Both the position numbers and the translations under genes were made by a program. A model generated the notes under the pieces. It did not search any database. It saw only the letters and a program-made list of their open reading frames with translations, and was not told the DNA's origin. DNA of 64,000 nucleotides from Heptranchias perlo (taxonomy: Eukaryota), in NCBI RefSeq assembly GCF_035084215.1, contig NC_090351.1:34038001-34102000 (forward strand), read 5' to 3'. The stretch's first letter is position 1. Every line of letters begins with the position of its first letter. Positions 26,495 through 39,559 of this stretch are shown here, piece after piece.

Positions 26495-27849
26495 TGGCCT
26501 GGATTTTGCTCTGAAAATAACAGCGAGGCTAATGGGGGGTCACCGTTATTTCAGTGCACCTGGTACCGCACATGCGCAGTTAAACACGGAAATCCAGAAG
26601 TTCCTCTATCAGATACCCTACTGCTTTGTAAGCTTTGCAAGAACTGCATCTTGCCGGGTGAGTCACCGTTAAAATTAATGCAACAGTGCAAAGTTCCTCT
26701 ACTGCCCAGAAGGAAACCGTACCTGGAATACTGCATACAGTTTTGGTCTCCAGACTTAAGAAAAGACATACTTGCTCTCGAGGCAGTACAAAGAAGGTTC
26801 ACTCGGTTAATCCCGGGGATGAGGGGGCGGACATATGAGGAGAGGTTGAGTAGATTGGGACTCTACTCATTGGAGTTCAGAAGAATGAGAGGCGATCTTA
26901 TTGGAACATATAAGATTGTGAAGGGGCTTGATCGGGTGGATGCGGTAAGGATGTTCCCAAGGATGGGTGAAACTAGAACTAGGGGGCATAATCTTAGAAT
27001 AAGGGGCTGCTCTTTCAAAACTGAGATGAGGAGAAACTTCTTCACTCAGAGGGTAGTAGGTCTGTGGAATTTGCTGCCCCAGGAAGCTGTGGAAGCTACA
27101 TCATTAAATAAATTTAAAACAGAAATAGACAGTTTCCTAGAAGTAAAGGGAATTAGGGGTTACGGGGAGCGGGCAGGAAATTGGACATGAATTTAGATTT
27201 GAGGTTAGGATCAGATCAGCCATGATCTTATTGAATGGCGGAGCAGGCTCGAGGGGCCGATTGGCCTACTCCTGCTCCTATTTCTTATGTTCTTCTTATG
27301 TTTCTTATAATCTCACCAAAAAAAGGTACGTCAAGCTTCTTTTAAGTCTAAGCAAATTTTAACGGTAAGTCTTAATTACTACCAAGCAACTTCTCTGGCA
27401 CCAAAAATTAATTTTTACAAGTGTGGCGTCTCATTCCCTCACATTTTAATTGTTGTTGGACATTTAAAAAAAAAATTTAATTTACGTTTTTATTTTTTTA
27501 CATTTTCTTTGTCTTTTTTATCTCTGTCTTTTAATTCAGTATTTCTTACCCTCTATTTATTTTGCTTTCCGTGACTGATTTTACATTGAATTCACTATTC
27601 CAATTTACATTTCCTGGTTCTGTGTCTGCGCTGCTTATTAACATGCTTCAATCTGATCGATTAAAGGGATACACAGCAGCTTCCCCCGTTCACACAGGTC
27701 CCAGATACCCGGGAGAGGGCGCTGCACTGGATTGAGGGCCCGACAAGAGGAACTTGCAGTGTTAAAAGCCCATGAAAAGTCTATGGGCAAGTCCAAGTCT
27801 AACAAGCAGCAGGTGGCGTTTGTTCGCTGCTCAGAGCAAAATCAGTCCC
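26495..27849. mobile_element. MITE/non-autonomous DNA transposon hosting a CR1 insertion
   Basis: Imperfect TIRs ggcctggattttgctctga / tcagagcaaaatcagtccc. Confidence 0.55.
26716..27308 (+). mobile_element. Young CR1 3' fragment (same subfamily as 17645 and 29370)
   Basis: Near-identical to the 3' ends of the other two copies, with a (TTCTTATG)n tail. Confidence 0.93.
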
Positions 27850-27867
27850 AGTGTCTTTGTGTAATAC

Positions 27868-27960
27868 TACACCGTACCAAGGGAAAAGGATTGCTCTTAT
27901 CCGCCTACATCGTACCAAGGGAAAGGACGTGTTCTTATCTGACATCGTACCAAGGGAAAA
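27868..27960. repeat. Short tandem repeat, ~35-38 bp unit with core CGTACCAAGGGAAA (3 copies)
   Basis: Read directly from the sequence. Confidence 0.8.
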
Positions 27961-29015
27961 CCAACCAGTTCAATGGAAATGTAGTTTTATCTGAATTAAA
28001 ATTATTTCTAATAATTGTTGCTACTAATATCATAAGCAGAAAGGTCTGTGGTATATTACATATTGGAATGTTTCCCCACCCGTTGAAACAAGACTACCAA
28101 GATCAGAAATGATAAAACTCTCTCTTTTAGTCACCTTGAGAGATCGTGCCAGTGATTTGCTTCCATATTTTGAAGAAAAAAATGCCTTGGATAAATGAAC
28201 ATTGAACACCTTTTCCTAACAGTCATGAGCGAGATCAGACCTTCATCTGGCTGAGCTAGATTCAAAGGCCTGTTCTTGGAATCATACAGCACAGAAGGAG
28301 GCCATTCGGCCCATCGTGCCTGTGCCAGCTCTTTGAAGGAGCTCTCCAATTAGTCCCACTCCCCTGCTCTTTCCCCATAGCCCTGCTCTAAGGACATTGT
28401 CAAATTGCACCCATTATGTTCCCTGCTGTTACTATTACAAAGTCAGGAAACAAAACTAAGATCAGTAAAGCGGTCAGCATTCACGAGCAGGACTAATGAC
28501 TGCTCCGCTAAGATCTGGCAATAATCTTAGATCTGTATTAATAAAATACCAAAAGAAAAGAGTGATAAATTGCAGCTAGTTCTGACTTGTGCGTCAAGTG
28601 TGCCAAGAGCTGTGTTTGTTCACTTCGGAATGCATTCCAGTTTGGCTACATCAGACAATTTATGTGTAATTACAGGTTCTAAGGTAGACTCCCAGTGTTT
28701 AAAATGTGAAATGAAACAATGATGCTGAAGGGATTTTTTTTTGTTCTCTTTAGCTGTATCGAGGTGCCAAAAAACTGTTCCAGATTGTTGTTTCCTGTCC
28801 CTAATACTACTCTCTGCAGTTCATCAAGCAACTTGTACGAGACTTCACATTTAACCTGTAAATTGATCAGAAGTGCCAGCTGTTCTATTAGTGTCTTTTA
28901 TTTTACTGTACATTTGATATAGTGAAATGTGAAAAGAGCAGCAGATGTGAAAATATTGGTCAAAGGAAGTTTCTTGGAGATAATTCAACATCAATTTGGG
29001 AACATCAGTGGGAAC

Positions 29016-29225
29016 TGTTAATTGTATCCATATGATTTATAACAATTAGTGTTAATTGTATTCAGGTGGTGTGTGTCAACTGGGGACTCTCGTATGCATT
29101 TATAAGAGGGCTTATCTGGGGTGTGGGGTGGGTAATGTGGATCTCTGTGAATATAGGCTGGGAAGCAACTGAAGACAAGCCTCTCGTATTCTATCCTTCA
29201 ACAGCTGGCTATCCAATTTATTACA
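29016..29225 (+). repeat. Copia 5' LTR
   Basis: tgttaattgta...ggctatccaatttattaca, homologous to 34708-34883. Confidence 0.8.
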
Positions 29226-29242
29226 TGGTAGCAGAGGATGGT
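29226..29242 (+). promoter_or_regulatory. Primer-binding site complementary to initiator tRNA-Met
   Basis: TGGTAGCAGAGGATGGT immediately follows the LTR-terminal CA. It is the reverse complement of the vertebrate tRNA-iMet 3' end (ACCATCCTCTGCTACCA). Confidence 0.9.
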
Positions 29243-29369
29243 ATTGAAGAGAAACTGGGTGATGCAGATGTTTGAGTGGATTCTCCCACTGCTGGAAAGG
29301 TAATCTTAAAAATCTTTTTGGTAACACATTTATGGGAGTGTAGGTCAATTGAATACAGAATTGTTGGAT

Positions 29370-32321
29370 AAGAACATAAGAAATAGGAGCAGGAGTAGGC
29401 CAATCGGCCCCTTGAGCCTGCTCCACCATTCAATAAGATCATGGCTGATCTGATCCTAATCTCAAATCTGAATTCATGTCCAATTTCCTGCCCGCTCCCC
29501 GTAACCCCTAATTCCCTTTACTTCTAGGAAACTGTCGATTTCTGTTTTAAATTTATTTAATGATGTAGCTTCCACAGCTTCCTGGGGCAGCAAATTCCAC
29601 AGACCTACTACCCTCTGAGTGAAGAAGTTTCTCCTCATCTCAGTTTTGAAAGAGCAGCCCCTTATTCTAAGATTATGCTCCCTAGTTCTAGTTTCACCCA
29701 TCCTTGGGAACATCCTTACCGCATCCACCCGATCAAGCCCCTTCACAATCTTATATGTTTCAATAAGATCGCCTCTCATTCTTCTGAACTCCAATGAGTA
29801 GAGTCCCAATCTACTCAACCTCTCCTCATATGTCCGCCCCCTCATCCCCGGGATTAACCGAGTGAACCTTCTTTGTACTGCCTTGAGAGCAAGTATGTCT
29901 TTTCTTAAGTCTGGAGACCAAAACTGTATGCAGTATTCCAGGTGCAGTCTCACCAATACCTCCCTGTTTTTATATTCTATCCCCCGAGCAATAAAAGCCA
30001 ACATTCCGTTGGCCTTCTTGATCACCTGCTGCACCTGCATACTAACTTTTTGATTTTCTTGCACTAGGACCCCCAGATCCCTTTGTACTGCAGTACTTTC
30101 CAGTTTCTTGCCTTTAAGATAATAACTTGCTCTCATTTTTCCTGCCAAAGTGCATAACCTCACAAATTTCCAATATTGTATTGCATCTGCCAAATCTCCG
30201 CCCACTCACCCAGCCTGTCTATATCCCCCTGTAGGTTTTTTATGTCCTCCTCACTCTCCACTTTCCCTCCCATCTTTGTATCATCTGCAAACTTTGATAC
30301 GATACACTCGGTCCCCTCCTCCAAATCGTTGATATAGATTGTAAAGAGTTGGGGACCCAGCACCGACCCCCTGCGGAACACCACTGGCTACTGGTTGCCA
30401 GTCCGAGAATGAACCATTTATCCCAACTCTCTGCTTCCTGTTCGATAACCAATCCTCCACCCATGCCAGAATATTACCCCCAATCCAGTGATTCTTTATC
30501 TTGAGCAATAATCTTTTATGTGGCACCTTGTCGAATGCCTTCTGGAAGTCCAAATACACTACGTCCACTGGTTCCCCTTTATCCACCCTGTACGTTATGT
30601 CCTCCAAGAACTCAAGCAAATTTGTCAGACATGACTTCCCCTTCGTAAAGCCATGCTGACTTTGTCCTATTAAATTATGTTTATCCAAATGTTCCGCTAC
30701 TGTCTCCTTAATAATAGATTCCAAAATTTTACCCACCACAGATGTTAGGCTAACTGGTCTATAATTTCCAGCCTTCTGCCTACTACCCTTTTTAAATAAG
30801 GGTGTTACATTAGCAGTTTTCCAATCTGCCGGGACCTTTGCCGAGTCCAGAGAATTTTGGAAAATTATTACCAAAGCATCCACAATCCCTACTGCCACAT
30901 CCCTCAAGACCCTCGGATGTAAGCCATCAGGTCCAGGGGATTTATCCGCCTTGAGTCCCATTATTTTACTGAGTACCAATTCCTTAGTGATTTTAATCGT
31001 ATTTAGCTCCTCCCCCCACCCCCCCCCCCCCTAGAGTCCCCTGTTTGTCCAGTGTTGGGATATTCTTAGTGTCCTCTACCGTAAAGACTGAAACAAAATA
31101 TTTGTTCAGCATTTTTGCCATCTCCATGTTTCCCACCATTAATTTCCCGGTCTCATCCTCTAAGGGACCTACGTTTGCCTTAGCCACCCTTTTTCTTTTT
31201 ATATAACTATAGATACTCTTATTATCTGTTTTTATACTTTTTGCTAATTTATTTTCATAATCTATCTTCCCTTTCTTAATCAATCCTTTAGTTACTTTTT
31301 GCGGTCTTTTGAAGACTTCCCAATCTTCTATCCTCCCACTAAGTTTGGCTACCTTATATGTCCTTGTTTTTAGTCGGATACTCTCCTTAATTTCTTTACT
31401 TAGCCACGGATGGCTGTCATTTCTTTTACACCCTTTTTTCCTCAGTAGAATATATTTATTTTGAAAGTTGTAAAATAACTCCTTAAATGGACACCACTGC
31501 TCATGTACCGTCTTACCCTTTAATCTATTTTCCCAGTCCACTTTAATCAATTCCGCTCTCATACCATCATAGTTTCCTTTATTCAAGCTCAGTACGCTTG
31601 TTTGAGAACCAATCTTCTCACCCTCTAATTGGATATGGAATGTAGCCATGTTATGGTCACTCACTCCAAGGGGATCCTTAACTAGGACATTATTAATTAA
31701 TCCTGGCTCATTACACAGGACCAGGTCCAAGGTTGCTTGCCCCCTTGTAGGATCAGTTACATACTGCTCAAGAAATCCATCCCTAATACACTCAATAAAC
31801 TCTTCCTCAAGGCTGCCCTGCCCAATTTGATTTGTCCAGTTAATATAATAGTTAAAATCCCCCATAATTATAGCTGTTCCCTTATTACATGCCCCGACTA
31901 TTTCCTGATTAATACTTCTTCCAGCAGAGTTGCAACTATTAGGAGGCCTATATACTACGCCCACTAGTGTTTTTTTCCCCTTATTATTCCTTATCTTTAC
32001 CCAAACTGTTTCATTATCCTGATCCTTTGTCCCAATATCATTTATCTGTATTAGTGATTCCTTCGTTTATTAACATAGCCACCCCACCTCCCCTTCCTTC
32101 CTGCCTGTCCTTCCTGATTGTTAAATACCCTGGCATATTTAATTCCCAGTCATTGTCACCCTGCAGCCATGTTTCTGTAATGGCCACAAGATCATACCCA
32201 TATGTAGTTATTTGTGTCGTTAACTCGTCCATTTTGTTACGAATGCTACGTGCATTCAGATAAAGAACTTTCAAAAATGTTTTGTGACACTTCGTTCCTG
32301 CTTTTTCCTTTTTTAACACTT
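29370..32321 (-). mobile_element. 5'-truncated young CR1 (most of ORF2) nested in Copia
   Basis: APE and RT motifs near-identical to the 17645 copy, with frameshifts including a poly-C expansion near 31011-31031. Confidence 0.95.
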
Positions 32322-32339
32322 CACCTCTATCAAATCTCC

Positions 32340-33422
32340 TCACATGGATACAGAATTGGCCAAGGGACAGGAAACAGATTAGTGGAGAATGGTTGTTTTT
32401 TGGACTGGAGGGAGGTGTACCGTAGTGTTCCCCATGGGGTTGGTGCTGGGACCACTGCTTTTCCAAAGATGTATTAATGACTTGGACTTGGGTGTACAGG
32501 GCACAATTTTAAAATTTGCAGATGACACAAAACTTGTAAGGTTGGTAAATAGTGAGGAGGATAGTGATAGAGTTCAAGAGGACACAGACAAGCTGGTGGC
32601 ATGGGCGGACACGTGGCAGATGAAATTTAAAGCAGAAAAATGTGAAGTGATACATTTTGGTTGGAAGAACGAGGAGAGGCAATATAAAGTAGAGGGCACA
32701 ATTCTAAAAGGGGTACAGGAACAGAGAGATCTGGGGGTATATGTGCACAAATCGTTAAAGATGGCAGGGCAGGTTGAGAAAGTGGTTAAAAAAGCATACG
32801 GGATCCTGGGCTTCATAAATAGCGGCTTAAAGTACAAAAGTATGGAAGTCATGATGAACCTTTATAAAACATTGGTTCGTCCACAACTGGAGTATTGTGT
32901 TCAGTTCTGAGCACTTCAGGAAAGATGTGAAGGCCTTAGAGAGGGTGCAGAAGAGATTTACTGGAATGATTCCAGGGATATGGGACTTCAGTTATGTGGA
33001 AAGACTGGAGAAGCTGTGGTTGTCCTCCTTGGACAGAGACGGTTGTGAAGAGATTTGATAAAGGTATTCAAAATCATGAAGGGTCTGGACAGAGTAGATA
33101 GAAACTGTTCCCATTGCCAGAAGGGTCAAGAACCAGAGGACATAGATTTAAGGTGATTGGCAAAAGAACCAAAAGGTGACATGAGGAAAAACTTTTTTAC
33201 ACAGCGAGTGGTTAGGATCTGGAATGCACTGCCGGAGGGGTGGTGGAGGCAGATTCAATCATGGCCTTCGAAAGGGAACTGGATAAGTACTTGAAAGGAA
33301 AAAAATTGCAGGACGCTACAGGGAAAGGGCGGGAGAGTGGAACTAGCTGGATTGCTCTTGCATAGAGCCGGCGCGGACTTGACTGACTGAATGGCTTCCT
33401 TCCTTGCTGTAACCTTTCTATG
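32340..33422 (+). mobile_element. CR1 3' fragment, different subfamily, nested in Copia
   Basis: Encodes LVLGPLLF...KFADDTKL...LVRPQLEYCVQF, followed by a CR1 tail. Confidence 0.9.
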
Positions 33423-33424
33423 AA

Positions 33425-34630
33425 TTGACATAAAAGCTGCATTTCTGTAGAGCGATACTTTTCAGAGAGAAGTGTTTCTGAAACCGCCTAAAGAGGCAAC
33501 AGATGCGGAAGGAAAACTATGGAAACTAGATAAATGCTTCTATGGCCTGAATGATGCTTCCTGGATATGGTATTTTTCAATGAGATCTGTTTTGCTGAAA
33601 ATTGGTTGCGTTCAAGTAAAACCAGATCCTGCAATGTTTTATTGGTACCATAACAGAAAACTTTCAGACACCTTCATGTTGCATGTCGATGATTTCTTAT
33701 GGGATGGTACTGCGGAATTTGAGAAATTCGACACTAATAAGATTAGAATAGAATTTAAAATTGGGAGTCAGGCCTGTGGGGCTTTTAAATATACTGGTTT
33801 AGATATTAAGCAGAGTGGGTGTGGTTATAATTTTCAATCAAGAGTCCTTCTTAGAGAGTGTTACTCCCATCCCGGTGAATCGTACGAGGTCATCACAGAA
33901 AGGTAATGTTATATCTAAAGAACAGACAGAGCAATTACAAAGCTTGATTGATCAGTTGAACTGGTTGTGCACTCAGACTAGACCAGATGCTAGTTTTGAT
34001 GTGTTGGAGTTAAGCACTTCAATAGTAGAGAATGTTTTAAGTGCAAATAAAACATTATGAAAATTAAATATGGATAAATGCGTACTTAAGTCCCCGTCCT
34101 TAGGTGTCCCAAAGACACCTAGCAAAGAAGCTAGTTATCTTTTTAGTGATGCTTCACACGCTAATCTTCTTGATGGGTATTCGAGTGCAGCTGGTTTCAC
34201 TGTTTCTTATGGATGAGAATGGGAAATGTTGTCCAATTTTTAGCTTGGGAAGCTAAGAAAATAAAAAGGGCTGAAAAAAGTACTCTGGCTGCTGAAACAC
34301 TGGCTGTTGTCAACACCGTGGATATGGGATTCTATTTGGCAAATAATTTGAGTGTCATCTGGTACAATGGGAGTACTGAAGATTGTCTACATAACAATCA
34401 GTGGGTATATTGTCGTTCATTGTGAGATAACGTACATTCTACGAAAAATATGAGTGAGAAAAGATTACGGATTGACCTTGCTGGCTCGAAACAAATGCTG
34501 GAGAGAAAGGAAATCTCTAAAAATGAAACGGGTGGATTCAAACCGTCGACTGTCGGATTGTTTTACTGAAAGAAATACATGCACGAAGAAATTATTATGG
34601 GTTCTGGAGAAGGCTTGCCTCACAATGTAA
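33425..34630 (+). pseudogene. Copia pol remnant (RT-RNaseH)
   Basis: Motifs DIKAAFL, WKLDKCFYGLNDAS, HVDDFL, TRPDAS, FSDASHA and AWEAKKIKRAEKSTLAAE, with stops and frameshifts. Confidence 0.88.
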
Positions 34631-34707
34631 TGCTTTGAATAGTATAAGTTGTACAGAGTATGGAAGTTTTTGATTTTTGATGTGTGTGTGTTTTTTACAT
34701 CAATTCG

Positions 34708-34883
34708 TGTTAATTGTATGCAGGTGGTGAGTATCAATTGGGGACTCTCTTGTATCCATTTTTATGAGCGCTTATCTAGGATGTGGAGTGGGTAATGTGG
34801 AACTCTGGATAAAGGCTTGGAAGCAACTGAAGACCAGACTCTAGTATTCTGTCCTTCACCACTGGGCTATCCAATTTAATACA
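34708..34883 (+). repeat. Copia 3' LTR
   Basis: tgttaattgtatgcagg...ggctatccaatttaataca; diverged homolog of the 5' LTR. Confidence 0.8.
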
Positions 34884-36820
34884 GGGAGGAGTTAAGATAC
34901 TTTTTCTGACACATTTTATCTGGGGGTCACAGTATGTAACACGATTGCATGGTACTTACAGGCACATACATTGATATTCTTACCCAGCACTGTGCATTTT
35001 GATAGCTCTACTCAGGTTAATCATTGGAAGGAAGCTTAGGAAAAAACAAGGAGGGTTCGTCAGCGATTTGTTGGACTTTGGAATTAGGCAATATTTAGTC
35101 AGTATGTGATCCTTGGGGGTGGGGGGGGGGAAAGTGTGCAGGGTGGAGCGAGTCCTAATCTTACATCAAGCTTGAGATCGATAGAATTTTTTTTTGTTAG
35201 GCAAGAGTATCAAGGGATATGGAGCAAAGGCGGGTAAATGAGCCATGATCTAATTGGTGGAGCAGGATCGAGGGGATGAATGGCCTACTCCTGTTCCTAA
35301 TGTTCTTATCAGCTGATCCCAGGTTCCCTTTGGCTGTGATGGGTTCAGGGCGTAAGGAGGTCCATGGGGAAGAATTTTGCGGAATAGGCTAAAAGAAAGA
35401 GGCCCACGGTTCCTGGTCCTTTCCTAACCTCGGGTTTGAGCTGCATTACTTTGCATTAGGGTACTCTTGTTGGTAATTGAGTGTTAAATGTACTGACTCA
35501 TCACAATTTCTGCAGTATTGCTTGTTACACCAACTGCCCTCCTCCAGCAGTAAGCTAAACTATCCAGTCACACAATAATTGGCTTTAAAAAGCACAATGA
35601 GCTGGAAATGATCCCGTTACATGAGACTATTAAGCTTGGAACAAGAAAAGGCCATTTGGCCCATCTTTCCACAGTCCCTGCATGGCTACCTCAAATCAGT
35701 TAGTTTCTCTCTCTCTCTTTTACAGTGCCATCTGGTTTGTTTGAATTGATTTGATGACTTGTTTGAGCTGGTCAAATCTCTGGTCCGTGAATAATATTTT
35801 CCGTCTGTCCTAACGTGGTACGAGGCTATGCTTATAATCCGATAACGGTAACGCAACTGGGACCATTATTAATCTTGGAATCCAGGGGCAGAACGCAAAA
35901 AGATTTCAGCTTGTAGAAACGATAGAAATTATTAGTCATTGAAAGGAAGTCATAACACCTTAAAGCAACCACGGCATTCATGATAGCTTATGTCATTGGT
36001 AAGTTGAAACTGGATTAATGTCAATTTATTTTAGAGTTTTTAAACATAATATTCTTCTGCGTGCATCTGAATGTATCGCAGTTTATATAACTTTGTTTAG
36101 CTGAGACAATTCAGTGTCTATGGGCAGTTTAGCCATGGCCTTGGCAGAAAACATATTTTTAATTGAAATGTGATTGAATTATATTAAAATGGATCTCTCC
36201 CACTGTGGCCAAGGCATTGCCTCCTGCTGCAGGCTGTTTTAAATTTCCTTCATCCACAGCCAGACCATGAATCAGTTTTGTCTTCCATTGTGTCAAGATT
36301 GATGGTTCCCTCTTGTGTTGCCAGGTTACACAGAATGCAGCAAGGCACAAGAACACTTGGAAAGCTTTTGGGGATTACTGCAGACCCCTCCCTCCCCTCC
36401 CCCTCAAAGTGGTCCAAGCATTGAAATTATTATTTTAAGATCTCAAGGTTTCTTTTCTATAATGGCTCGGGTGGACTATAGTTGGATCGACAGTCCAGTG
36501 TTTGTGGGTAATACAAAGGCAACCTGACTTCAGATCATAACTTTGGTCCTCTCGAAAAGCAATAATTGTCTTGCAATTACAAGAAACCATAAAAAGGCAT
36601 TCATAAAATTTACCCTATAATGTCACTGACTGCATCATTGAGCTCTCCTTTTATAATACAGACTCTTCTGTTGCCAATTAATGTGCTGCAAATGTATGTT
36701 TATGTTTTAAGGAAGGGACTGGCAGAATTTGACAATCACCTATGTACTTTAATGATAAGCCACCTCCTACCATCTAAATAAGGAGCGTCCAAATCTTTTG
36801 TCTTTGTGACTACTGTGTTA

Positions 36821-37278
36821 GCCTTGGCTCAGTGGTAGCACTCTCGCCTCTGAGTCAGAAGGTCGTGGGTTCGAGCCCCACTCTAGAGACTTGTGCACAA
36901 AATCTGGGCTGACTCTCCAGCGCGGTACTAAGGGAGCGCTGCATTGTCGAAGGTGCCGTCTTTCAGATGCGACGTTAAACTAAGGCCCACTTTCCCCCTC
37001 GGGTGCACGTAAAAGATCCCATGGCACTATTCGATGGGCAGGGGATCTCTCCCTAAGGTCCTGGCCAATATTTATCTCTCAGCCAACATTACTAAAACAA
37101 ATTATCTGGTTATTATCACACTGCTGTCCGTGGGACCTTGCTGTGTGCAAATTGGTTGCTGCATTTCCTACATTACAACAGCGACTACACTTCAAAAGTA
37201 CTTCATTGATTGTAAAGCTCTTTGGAGCATCTTGAGGTTGTGAAAGGCTCTAGATAAATGCAAGTCTGTCTTTTTCTT
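36821..37278 (+). mobile_element. Full-length DeuSINE (SacSINE1-like): tRNA head, Deu core, L2 tail
   Basis: A box tggctcagtggt, B box gttcgagcc, Deu core gtaaaagatcccatggcactatt, and tail ataaatgcaagtc. Confidence 0.88.
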
Positions 37279-37884
37279 GGGTGCATACCATGGAATCTTG
37301 TGATCTGCATGTAAAGATTAAATGAGTGTTCCTTCATGCTGCTGGTACGAACAGATCATAGGGCACGATTTTAAAAGAAATCTGTGGGGGCCGGGGGGGG
37401 GGGCAAATAAAATTGTGTATTTGAGGAGCGGGCAGAAATCCCGGCTCCAACACGCCGACACGGCCATCTGGGTGCGTGCGCTGTTCCTGAACCCGGAAGT
37501 CCCGCTGGCAATTAAAGCCGGTGGGACGGTATTTAAAGCAGCAATTCAACTAGTTAAAGTAGTTTTTTTTTAAAAAATCCATAAATGTAATTAACTATGA
37601 AGGCAAGCAATTTCAACGTTACCTCAACGTGTTTCCCGTGCTGTGAAACACGACGTGGGAAAGTCGGCAAGTTGCAGTTGGCAGCCATTTGAAAATTTAA
37701 ATCCCTGTTTGACAGATGGGAATAAAGAGTTGAGTTATTGCAGCAGTTATTGCAGTTCTCTCAGACAAACTTTTGGCTGGGAGACCTTTGTGTTTAGACT
37801 GAAAATTCTTGGTTTACACTCAGAATTGTTCTGTTTACACATATTTACCAACTTTTAGGACCCCCTCAAACTGACACCTTCAGG

Positions 37885-39266
37885 ATGGGGGGGGCACAAT
37901 GGCTGCATTCACCAATATATCCGAGGAGGGGGAGCATCACCATCCTCGCCAGGCACGGTGTGCACTTCTGACACTTGGAGCTCCACAACACAGTGCTGTG
38001 CCACAGGCACCTGAACAAGAGCACGGGGGAACAACAGAGGGAGCGACGTCACAGGAGGCACTACCCTCATCAGCAGGTCTATAGACCGAGGCTCAGCTTC
38101 CTGGACCTCTCTGAGGAGCAGTGCACACAGAGGCTGAGAGTGAGTTGCCAGGCGGTTGCAGACATCTGCATCCTCCTTCATGCCGAGCTGCTCCGGGCTG
38201 GGCCTAGTGGCATCTCATTACCCTCCACTGTTAAAGCCACCACTGCCCTCAACTTCTTTGCCTCTGGATCATTCCAGGGTGCCACTGGTGACATTGCCGG
38301 GGTGTCTCAGTCCTCTGCCCAGAGGTGCATAAGGCAGGTCACCGGCGGCTTGTTTCGCAGGGCCCCACGATACGTCAACCTCCCTGTGGACGACCTCAGC
38401 CAGACGGAGAGGGCAGTAGGATTCCACTCTGTGGCTGGCTTCCTGTATACAGGGTGCAATCGATCGCATGCAAATAGCAATCTGAGCATCTCCACAGGAG
38501 CCAGGACTGTTCATCAACAGAAAGGGGCATCACTCATCAACACTCAGCTCGTTTGTGACCACCACAAAAGATTTCTTCATGTGTGCACCAGATTCCCTGG
38601 CAGCTGCCATGATTTGTTCATTCTGAGGGAATCCAACATCCCGTGTGCCCTCTTCCACACACCAAACAGATTTAAGGGCTGGCCCCTTGGGGATGTTGGA
38701 TTCCCTCAGAATGAACAAATCATGGCAGCTGCCAGGGAATCTGGTGCACACATGAAGAAATCTTTTGTGGTCACAAACGAGCTGAGTGTTGATGAGTGAT
38801 GCCCCTTTCTGTTGATGAACAGTCCTGGCTCCTGTGGAGATACTTGTGTTGCTATTTGCATGCAATCGATTGCACCCAGTACACGAGGTTGATAACACCT
38901 GAGGAACCCTATCGATATACCAACCTCATCGTTAAAACGATAGCCACATCGCCACCAGGTCTGTAATTGAAAGGCGATAGGGCTGCTCAAGATGCGATTT
39001 CGGTGCCTCGATTGTTCTGGGGGAGCGCTTCAATATGCATCAGCGAGAGTGGGTCACATTATAGTAGTGTGTTGTGTCCTGCATAACGTGGTGTAACAGA
39101 GAGAGGTACCGGTTGATGAGATCCCATGCCCTCATCCAGCATCCACATCTGCAATAAACATTGAGGAGGAGCAACAGGAGGAGAAGCAGGACAAACCCAT
39201 GGGCAGGGCTGCGGCTCACCTGACTGCTCGTGAGGCCGGGAAGTCACTTGTGAACGGTTTTCGTAA
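37885..39266 (+). pseudogene. Harbinger DDE transposase (HARBI1-family), disrupted
   Basis: Motifs YRPRLSFLDLSEEQC, ALNFFASGSFQ...GVSQSS, GAID, FINRKG, QLVCD, RFPGSCHD and GWPLGD, with frameshifts and an inverted duplication. Confidence 0.9.
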
Positions 39267-39559
39267 GATCACAAAGTGAGAATAGTCCAGTCCTCACACT
39301 ACCTGGAAAGACCAGCGCCAACACCAGCCCACCACCCCCCTCCTTCACTAAACAGTCCTGCAACTACACATACACCCACTGTAAAGTGACCCACTGGGTG
39401 GCATCAAATGTCGCCGTTCATAGCAACCTTTCATATGCTTCACTATCACAAAAGCCAATCAAGAATGGGCAAGACGTGGTAGTAGTGGTGAGAATGATAA
39501 CATTTAATGTGACTTTAACAAAAACCAAATATAAATGAAAAACATGACAGTCTGTCAGA

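Larger units (their letters stand above)
29016..34883 (+). mobile_element. Ty1/Copia LTR retrotransposon remnant with nested CR1 insertions
   Basis: Two homologous TG...CA LTRs, a tRNA-iMet PBS, and a Copia-type RT/RNaseH remnant. Confidence 0.85.

Noticed and set aside
26426-27190. 254-aa ORF as a novel fusion gene
   Set aside because: Chance read-through from MITE sequence into a CR1 ORF2 C-terminus.
27868-27960. CGTACCAAGGGAAA repeats as a CRISPR array or mitochondrial 16S fragment
   Set aside because: The spacers resemble each other, as in an ordinary tandem repeat, the context is eukaryotic, and the 16S resemblance does not extend beyond a few bases.
29353-32358. atacagaattg on both sides of the nested CR1 as a TSD
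   Set aside because: Neither copy abuts the element ends, and the right copy is ordinary CR1 coding sequence (WIQNW), so the match is probably coincidental.
36821-36893. tRNA gene
   Set aside because: It is the tRNA-derived head of a SINE, continuing into the Deu core and L2 tail.
37975-38898. Overlapping opposite-strand ORFs with near-identical peptides, suggesting a host HARBI1 gene
   Set aside because: Explained by the inverted duplication in a frameshifted transposase lying inside TIRs with a TSD.
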